Assembly: GCA_963830205.1 (NCBI GenBank)
Contig: CAWHLP010000009.1
Location: forward strand, 28,072 to 92,071
Reading direction: 5' to 3'
Length of the DNA stretch: 64,000 bases
From: an uncultured Alphaproteobacteria bacterium
GTDB lineage: Bacteria > Pseudomonadota > Alphaproteobacteria > Rhizobiales > Kaistiaceae
The notes under the pieces: model-generated
The model's database searches: none
What the model saw: the letters and a program-made list of their open reading frames with translations, nothing else
What the model was told of the DNA's origin: nothing
Made by a program: the position numbers and the translations under genes
In this document: positions 43,901 to 49,589 of the stretch, one piece after another
Layout: each line of letters begins with the position of its first letter
How positions within the stretch are numbered: position 1 is the stretch's first letter

Positions 43901-44190
43901 GCGACTACAATGGCGACGGCATCGACGACATGGCCTGGCGCAACACCGCGACCGGCTACGTGTCGGTGTGGCTGATGGACAAGAACGGCAAGCGGCACTT
44001 CGTCCACTCCGGCGATGCCACCGCCGACTGGCAGGCGCTCTCGCCCGGCGACTACAACGGCGACGGGATTACCGACATCGCCTGGCGCAACACGTCGACC
44101 GGCTATGTGTCGGTGTGGCAGATGGACAAGAACGCCCATCGCCACGTCGTCCATCCCAGCGATGCCACCAACATCTGGCAGGCCGTCTGA
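40957..44190 (+). CDS. Large repeat protein 2 (paralog of 36943..40266): two beta-helix modules + seven-blade propeller
   Basis: ATG 40957 after [52 protein letters not shown]. Second module ...[32 protein letters not shown]. Same [10 protein letters not shown]..KTM endings and 7 x 49-aa blades. No signal peptide. Confidence 0.85.
   Translation: [1077 protein letters not shown]
43165..44187 (+). repeat. Seven tandem 147-bp coding repeats (propeller blades) in gene 2
   Basis: Same unit and the same array length (1023 nt) as 39241-40263. The last two blades are almost identical at DNA level between the two genes. Confidence 0.9.
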
Positions 44191-44251
44191 GGCGGGGAGC
44201 TCTCCGCGGGGGTGGCCCTCCTCCTGGCTGCAAATGCCCGACTTCCAGCAG

Positions 44252-44275
44252 CGCCGCGCCCGAAAAGGCGCGGCG
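44252..44275 (+). terminator. GC-rich hairpin between convergent genes (possible terminator, no U-tract)
   Basis: CGCCGCGCC-CGAAAA-GGCGCGGCG perfect 9-bp stem, 62 nt after the stop of gene 2. Confidence 0.35.
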
Positions 44276-44506
44276 TCAATACCAGTCGTGGTCGTTTCAG
44301 CGTTTTCGGCAGTGCATTGGCCGCAGTGCAGCCTTTCCCCGGCTACCTCTTATTTAAACTATCTCAGAAATAGTCCGCGGCAATCATACGTTGCTTGCAG
44401 TCGGCTGTGATCGCAAGGCTCTTCGGGCCGCGGGCAAAGCGCCGCATCGCCGATCAAGTGAACGGCAGCTTGGTTGCAAAGAAGGGCGCTCAATCGTTTC
44501 TCAACG

Positions 44507-45295
44507 TCAGAGCAAAGGTCGTTCCACAAACGCTGCCGCCAACCGCGACCGGTTGTGTGCCAAGTCGTCCGCCGATACCTGCCCGGCGATTCCGGCCAGA
44601 TACTGCGACCAGCGTTCCGTCAGGTCGGCCGCAACGAGGTCGCGGCCCATTGTCAGGTCGGTGCTGAATTCCCTCCATCGCTGAATATTGTGCGCTTGTT
44701 CGGCCTCGCTGGCCTCGCCCCCGTAGCCGCTTATGTGCTGCGTACCGGTGTCCCACCGGTAGATATACGAGGTGCGACCGCCAAGATCGGTCGTGGCAAG
44801 CAGCCCCGCCTCCTCGATCTGCATCATGACGGGATGATCGGTGTATAGCGGATGGGTATCGATCGGAGCGTGCCGCACATATTCGGCCCGGAGAAGCCAC
44901 GAGGGTTCGAGGCGATTGGCGATGCGGCTGAAGGTTGTATTTCGCTCTGAAAACCACGCGGTCGCCGGCTTCCAGGCCATCTTGGTACCGATGTTCTCGA
45001 GGCAATCCTCCAGGTGCCAGGGCAGACACAGATCGTCGTCATCCCACCAATGAATGAAATCGGCGCTCGGATCGGCCAACTCAACCATCCTCTGCTTGAT
45101 GTATCGCAGGGGTTGGGGACCACACTGCTCGTTCACCACCCGGACGCGCGGATGTGTGAAGTTCAGCTCCTGGGGGTGCTGGTTGTAGATCAGCAGCGTC
45201 GCGTTCGACAGCGCCGACTGCGCCAGAAAGCAGGCCAACGCTTCGCTCGCCAGGCCGTGACGGCCGTAGGTCCCCATCAGGCAGTCTATCCGCAT
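44507..45295 (-). CDS. Small glycosyltransferase (GT2-like fold)
   Basis: 262 aa. CLMGTYGRHGLASEALACFLAQS resembles the GT-A N-terminal motif (P-TYNR...l.S.l.Q). Acidic cluster HWWDDDDL. Last gene of the minus-strand unit with the kinase-GT fusion. Confidence 0.65.
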   Translation of the reverse strand: MRIDCLMGTYGRHGLASEALACFLAQSALSNATLLIYNQHPQELNFTHPRVRVVNEQCGPQPLRYIKQRMVELADPSADFIHWWDDDDLCLPWHLEDCLENIGTKMAWKPATAWFSERNTTFSRIANRLEPSWLLRAEYVRHAPIDTHPLYTDHPVMMQIEEAGLLATTDLGGRTSYIYRWDTGTQHISGYGGEASEAEQAHNIQRWREFSTDLTMGRDLVAADLTERWSQYLAGIAGQVSADDLAHNRSRLAAAFVERPLL

Positions 45296-45353
45296 AAGTC
45301 TCGCCCCCGATGCGACCGCACTTCTGCGGGCTCACTCGTCCGCCAGCGTGCTG

Positions 45354-47207
45354 TCATTTCGATCCCGCGGGCGTGACGGATTGCACGACGGGATCGTTCT
45401 CGACGGCCGCGACAATGCGCTTCCCAACCTCCTCCCCGAGGTGCTCCTTGAAGTGTTCTCCGATCGGGGCGGTGTCCCATCCGATCTCACGGAACCCGAT
45501 GAAGTAATTGCGAATACGGTCCTCCCAAACGTTGCGGTAGGGGATGCCCATCGGCCGATTGAAGCGGTGAACCCACCTGAGAAAGGGGGCGCACAGCACG
45601 CGTCCGCCGCGCAGCCGGAACTTCTCGTGGATGTACCCTTCCTCGCCGCCGAAGCCGTGAAAGAGCGGGTTGAAGCCCGGCCAGGCGGCGCGCCGGCAGG
45701 CAAACAGACCCAGGCCCTGCATGGGAATTTCAAACGGAGGCGTCTCGGCGTCCGCTGCCGCCTCGTCGACCTCCCATCGTCCGTACATTCCGGATCTCCA
45801 GCCTGGGGAGAAATGGCTCGAGAATGTCTTGAGGCCGTCATAGAGGAGCGGTCCCTGGATCAGGTCTTTGGACTGCGGGTTCCCGGCGAAGTAGGCCATC
45901 AGGCGCGCGATGGCGCCCGGCGCAATCAGCACATGGCAGTCAATGCAAAGGACAAATTCGCCGCTCGCCTCGGTAAAGACGAAGTCGCGGACCGCGGTGC
46001 CTTTCACCTCGGTATTCGGAATATATCGCAGGTTCGGAATCCAGTACTCAAGCGCATACAGCGCCTCGCCGCACGGGCCATCCGGATTGTTGTCCACGAC
46101 GACGAACTCAACGTCCTCAAGGACCTCGGGATGATACATGCGGATGGCCTGGATGGTGAAATAGACGCCATCGTAGTCATCGTAGGTCGCCATCCCGATG
46201 GTCAGTCTCGGCGCAACGTCCGGCTTGGGTCGGAGCGGCGGGCGGGCTTTGGGAATCGCGGCCGGCACCGCCGTTGTGCTCTGCGTCTGGCTCGCTTGCG
46301 CTTGCGCCGCCGCGGTGTCGGTGGCCGCCGCGAAGGCAGCGAACAGGTCGCGCGTCGCGCCCGCATCGAAATTCTGCGCAACGGCCAGCCTGACCAGTCT
46401 GTCGAGAATGCCCTCGAACTGATCGAACCCGCCGTGCGTGACTTCGATGGCGGGAACGCTGCCGGCCAGGCCCTTGAGGAGGTCCAGCCCGTGGTCGGCC
46501 ATGTTGCGCGCGTTGAGGTTGCACTCCATGAGGCGCATCAGGGTCCGGGCCGCCGTCAGCGGTTCGATGCGGAGCTGGGCCGCCTCGACGAAGCGCGGAA
46601 AAACGATGAGACCCGCCTGCTGCGATTGCGATCTGGCGTCCGGAATGGTGATCGCCATGCCGGCTCCTGTGGCCACGGCCGTCGCGTGGATGCTGTCCGC
46701 AAGCAGACTGACGAGCCTGTCCTGCTGCGACTTGGTCAGCAGTGGCCGCGGAAAGGTGACCGTGTTGCGGCCCCCGGTCGCAATGACAATCTCGTCGGAA
46801 AGGAAGGAGAAACCGCGCGCGGCGAACCAGCCCGCCATCGTCGTCTTCCCCGCACCCGTGGGGCCAGCGATCAGGATGGCGCGATTGTCCCAGGCGACCG
46901 CGGCGGCGTGGAGCGCGACGGCATCGTCGACGTCGGTGATGAGGCTGCGCACGACCTGGTCGAGCGCCACATCGAGCGCCAGTTCGGCGCTCGCCCCCCG
47001 CACAACCGGTCGACGATCGACCTGAACGGAGTAGAGCCCCTCGCCATCGTCGCCGATGACGATGAAATGCGATGGCGGCTTCGACGACTCGACGGGACCG
47101 TAGATCAGGTCGACACGGGCCTTCAGGTCATCCGGAAACGTCAGCGCAGACGTGACGTTTCGCAGATCGATCAGGCGCGTGTGCAATTGGCCCTGCGAAC
47201 CGATCAA
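45354..47207 (-). CDS. Fusion protein: HPr-kinase-C-like (HprK-related) P-loop kinase domain + family-2 glycosyltransferase domain
   Basis: N-half LHAAAVAWDNRAILIAGPTGAGKTTMAGWFAARGFSFLSDEIV. An Ala/Thr/Gln/Pro linker. C-half RLTIGMATYDDYDGVYFTIQAI...VEFVVVDNNPDG...FVLCIDCHVL. TTG start 3 nt after the stop of the poly-Thr ORF. Confidence 0.8.
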   Translation of the reverse strand: MIGSQGQLHTRLIDLRNVTSALTFPDDLKARVDLIYGPVESSKPPSHFIVIGDDGEGLYSVQVDRRPVVRGASAELALDVALDQVVRSLITDVDDAVALHAAAVAWDNRAILIAGPTGAGKTTMAGWFAARGFSFLSDEIVIATGGRNTVTFPRPLLTKSQQDRLVSLLADSIHATAVATGAGMAITIPDARSQSQQAGLIVFPRFVEAAQLRIEPLTAARTLMRLMECNLNARNMADHGLDLLKGLAGSVPAIEVTHGGFDQFEGILDRLVRLAVAQNFDAGATRDLFAAFAAATDTAAAQAQASQTQSTTAVPAAIPKARPPLRPKPDVAPRLTIGMATYDDYDGVYFTIQAIRMYHPEVLEDVEFVVVDNNPDGPCGEALYALEYWIPNLRYIPNTEVKGTAVRDFVFTEASGEFVLCIDCHVLIAPGAIARLMAYFAGNPQSKDLIQGPLLYDGLKTFSSHFSPGWRSGMYGRWEVDEAAADAETPPFEIPMQGLGLFACRRAAWPGFNPLFHGFGGEEGYIHEKFRLRGGRVLCAPFLRWVHRFNRPMGIPYRNVWEDRIRNYFIGFREIGWDTAPIGEHFKEHLGEEVGKRIVAAVENDPVVQSVTPAGSK

Positions 47208-47210
47208 GGA

Positions 47211-47597
47211 TCAGGTGTTGGTGGTGGTGGTGGTAGTCGTGGCCGTTGTCACAGTTGTCGAGACCGTGGTCGTGGCGGTTGTGGTCGGCGTCGTCGTGAC
47301 CGTGGTCGTGGCGGTTGTGGTCGGCGTCGTGGTGGCGGTGGTCGTGGCGGTGGTCGTGGCGGTTGTGGTCGGCGTCGTGGTAGCGGTCGTGGTCGCAGTT
47401 GAAGTCGTGGCGGTTGTGGTCGCCGTCGTAGTTGTGCCCGTCGTCGTGCCGGTTGTTGTGGTCGTGTCGAGCGGTGACGCTGCGGCATGCGCGGGGACGA
47501 CGACCCACTCGACAACGGGCTTTTTCCACGCTGCCGGCAGCAGTGCGGCCGATACCGAACCCGCCAGTACAACCAACAATGCTCGACGAGTGGACAT
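47211..47597 (-). CDS. Poly-threonine protein (128 aa): 44-aa N-terminal leader/signal-like region + 84-aa tail that is ~75% Thr
   Basis: ATG 47597 preceded by GGGAG. MSTRRALLVVLAGSVSAALLPAAW (RR + hydrophobic stretch)...PAHAAASPLD, then (TTTX)n with X=A/P/V/G; 63 Thr in 84 residues by my count. Stop is 3 nt before the kinase-GT ORF. Caveat: all frames are open across this repeat. Confidence 0.55.
   Translation of the reverse strand: MSTRRALLVVLAGSVSAALLPAAWKKPVVEWVVVPAHAAASPLDTTTTTGTTTGTTTTATTTATTSTATTTATTTPTTTATTTATTTATTTPTTTATTTVTTTPTTTATTTVSTTVTTATTTTTTTNT
47214..47465. repeat. Imperfect tandem DNA repeats encoding the poly-Thr tract
   Basis: A 33-nt string gaccgtggtcgtggcggttgtggtcggcgtcgt occurs at 47262 and again at 47298 (36-bp period). 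Its 27-nt core recurs at 47352. The whole tract is (GGT/CGT/GGC/TGT)n on the plus strand. Confidence 0.85.
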
Positions 47598-47701
47598 GGA
47601 ATCTCCCAATCCAAGGTGGTCCCGATGCGCCTAGACTGCGCCACGTCTGTCAGCGACGCAAGCCTCCGGCGCAGCATGTTTGTTGACGGTTTTGGCCAGG
47701 A

Positions 47702-48937
47702 ATGGAAAGACATTGGGCCCGGTTCGGTTCGCCTGCGATGACGTCGTCCGACCAGACCTTTGATCTCTTCGGTTCCCTGCTCGGCGAGCTTGGAAGCGGT
47801 GCTGCGTTGCCGGCAAGCAGCAACGACCCGTTCCGAGACCAAATGCGCATCGCCGATCTGATGTGGGAACATGTTCCGGACCAGGCTCACTATCACGGCG
47901 TCGCCCGACTGGTCATGCCGGCCATTGTGCGGCTCGCCGCCGCAACGCAGTCGCCGCGCGCGGCCACCGCACGGCGCAGGCTCACGGCAATTGTTCATCG
48001 GCAGAATGCGGCGGTCGACGCGCGCGAGGAGGCGGTCAGCATCCTGTTGACCGCCATGAAGTCGGCTGGAATACGATTGGTTCTTCTGAAGGGTGCCGCA
48101 CTCGCCCACCTCATATACAAGGCACCCGAGGATCGCCCCTCGCTCGACATCGACGTGCTGGTCGACCGCGAAAACATCGTAGCGGCCGCAAGGGTCGCGG
48201 AGTCTATCGGCTACGTGTTCGCGGATGGGTACGCGTCGGCGTTCACCCCGACCAAGCACCATCTTCCCGAGGCAGCCATATGGACACAGGGCTTCCGCAT
48301 TGCGCTGGAAATCCACGTCGATGCGATGTCTCCCACCCGGCGAGAGCACCTTACGCTCGAGGACCTGAGCGGCCCGCTGCAGGAGGTTGCCCGGACTGGT
48401 GGACCATCGGGTCTGGCGCTTGGACACTTCGACATGCTGCGCCACCTCGCCCACCACACATTCGAGCCGAGCCAGAGGGTACGACTGGTCCACCTCTTTG
48501 ACCTGTGGCGCTATGGTATGCTCCATCTGGACTCGGTCGGTTTGGGTGTCCCCCCTCGCCAGCTTCGGCACATTCGCGTGGCGCACGACCTCGTCGGACT
48601 GGTGTTCAAGGGACCTCAGCCGTCCCCGCAATATCCAATTCCAGCCGGCGTCGGGGAGGGCTTGCTTCCGTTTACGAGCATCGGCCGCGATGCAGACGGT
48701 TTGTGGGTGCGCGCCAGGTTGCTGTTCGCGCCGTCCGAGTGGTGGCTCAGAGGCTTCTACGGCATCCCCCCGGGGCGCTCTCTCGCTGGCGCAACCCTCG
48801 TCCGCCACCCCTTGAACATTGTAGGCTGGGTTATCTCCCGGTACGTCGCAAGGATCAGGCGCATGTTCCGGCGGAACCGGGAGAACGTCACCCGACTCCG
48901 CGTAAGCAAAGGAAAGACCATGAAGGTGAGGCTATGA
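47702..48937 (+). CDS. Uncharacterised nucleotidyltransferase family protein (NTP_transf_5-like)
   Basis: IRLVLLKGAALAHLIYKAPEDRPSLDIDVLVDRENIVAAARVAESIGYVF matches the family hallmark (LKG...Y....R...DIDLLV). Start could also be ATG 47738. Confidence 0.78.
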   Translation: MERHWARFGSPAMTSSDQTFDLFGSLLGELGSGAALPASSNDPFRDQMRIADLMWEHVPDQAHYHGVARLVMPAIVRLAAATQSPRAATARRRLTAIVHRQNAAVDAREEAVSILLTAMKSAGIRLVLLKGAALAHLIYKAPEDRPSLDIDVLVDRENIVAAARVAESIGYVFADGYASAFTPTKHHLPEAAIWTQGFRIALEIHVDAMSPTRREHLTLEDLSGPLQEVARTGGPSGLALGHFDMLRHLAHHTFEPSQRVRLVHLFDLWRYGMLHLDSVGLGVPPRQLRHIRVAHDLVGLVFKGPQPSPQYPIPAGVGEGLLPFTSIGRDADGLWVRARLLFAPSEWWLRGFYGIPPGRSLAGATLVRHPLNIVGWVISRYVARIRRMFRRNRENVTRLRVSKGKTMKVRL

Positions 48938-49242
48938 TGGATGAGGCCCGTTTGTTGGATATCCCTCAGCGGGTCGCCGGCGTGCGCGAGGATCAGGTGG
49001 AGGGCGAGTTGCTCGTTTACCTGCCCGAAGCCACCCGCGCGGTCTTTCTCAACGGTCCCGCCGCAACAATCTGGGGTCTCTGCGACGGATCGCGCACGCT
49101 CGCATCGATGGTCGAACTCCTGGCGGAGTCCTACCCCGAAGCTGCCGACAATCTGGGTGCGGACGTGGTCGAGACAATCGATCAGCTTCGCGCCGCCGGC
49201 ATCATCACGCCAAAGTCAGATCATCTGCCGATCGGCGCCTAG
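48934..49242 (+). CDS. PqqD-family protein (RiPP-recognition-element-like peptide chaperone)
   Basis: 102 aa from ATG 48934 (ATGA overlap with the upstream gene). ELLVYLPEATRAVFLNGPAATIWGLCDGSRTLASMVELLAESYPEAADNLGADVVETIDQLRAAGII fits the PqqD pattern. The stop TAG lies inside the MITE terminal repeat. Confidence 0.8.
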   Translation: MMDEARLLDIPQRVAGVREDQVEGELLVYLPEATRAVFLNGPAATIWGLCDGSRTLASMVELLAESYPEAADNLGADVVETIDQLRAAGIITPKSDHLPIGA

Positions 49243-49513
49243 AGCGCTTCTTGGTCAGATAGAAGCAGTTCCGTTTCTCGACCGGCGAAGCGATCCGGCG
49301 TCGAGATCGGCGAAGGGCGATGCCGGGCATCGGTCGAGCCGGGATCGGCGTCGGGCGCCCGCCGGTCGGAAACCCGAAGGGACGGGTGCTTTTGCGCCAT
49401 TATCGGCGCCGTCGGTCTCGGTCGTACCCCGGGTACGTCCGTCGCCCGCCGGCTTGATCCTGTCGCAAAATCGCTCCGTCGGAACCATTCTATCTGACCA
49501 AGAAACGCTCTAG
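49239..49513. mobile_element. 275-bp MITE-like non-autonomous element with 26-bp terminal inverted repeats
   Basis: Left CTAGAGCGCTTCTTGGTCAGATAGAA (49239-49264). Right end reverse-complements to CTAGAGCGTTTCTTGGTCAGATAGAA (49488-49513), 25/26 identical. No credible ORF inside. CTAG at both tips could be a target-site duplication. Confidence 0.6.
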
Positions 49514-49589
49514 ATATCGACCTGATAAACCGCAAGCCGACAATGAGGCGGGCAACCGTGTGCGCCGCCAGCCGATGCTGCCCGCCACG

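Noticed and set aside
36664-44154. Long minus-strand ORFs (36664..37857, 39316..40425, 40179..40988, 41758..42738, 43072..44154) and many plus-strand alternative frames inside the giant genes
   Set aside because: Antisense or out-of-frame readings of highly repetitive GC-rich coding DNA. The forward frames show coherent beta-helix and blade repeats.
39241-44187. Regularly spaced repeats as a possible CRISPR array
   Set aside because: The units are 147 bp, contiguous without spacers, in-frame and encode a conserved 49-aa blade. No cas genes are present. This is a protein repeat, not a CRISPR.
45348-47402. 684-aa plus-strand ORF antisense to the kinase-GT fusion
   Set aside because: Arg/Gly/Asp-rich shadow. 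The minus frame carries P-loop and GT2 motifs.
47128-47634. Alternative frames across the Thr repeat: His/Asp/Asn-rich minus-strand ORF 47128..47529 and Val-rich plus-strand ORF 47152..47634
   Set aside because: The repeat keeps all frames open. These frames lack an SD-preceded start. The minus one overlaps the kinase gene start and the plus one runs antisense. The poly-Thr frame has an SD, a signal-like N-terminus and operon-style spacing. The choice is still not proven, as flagged in the findings.
47249-48808. 519-aa minus-strand ORF antisense to the nucleotidyltransferase gene
   Set aside because: Shadow ORF. The forward frame has the LKG...DIDVLV hallmark.
48941-49535. ORFs crossing the MITE (48941..49513 plus strand, 49239..49535 and 49255..49488 minus strand)
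   Set aside because: They run through the inverted-repeat element with Arg/Ser/Pro-rich translations and no start context. Treated as non-coding.
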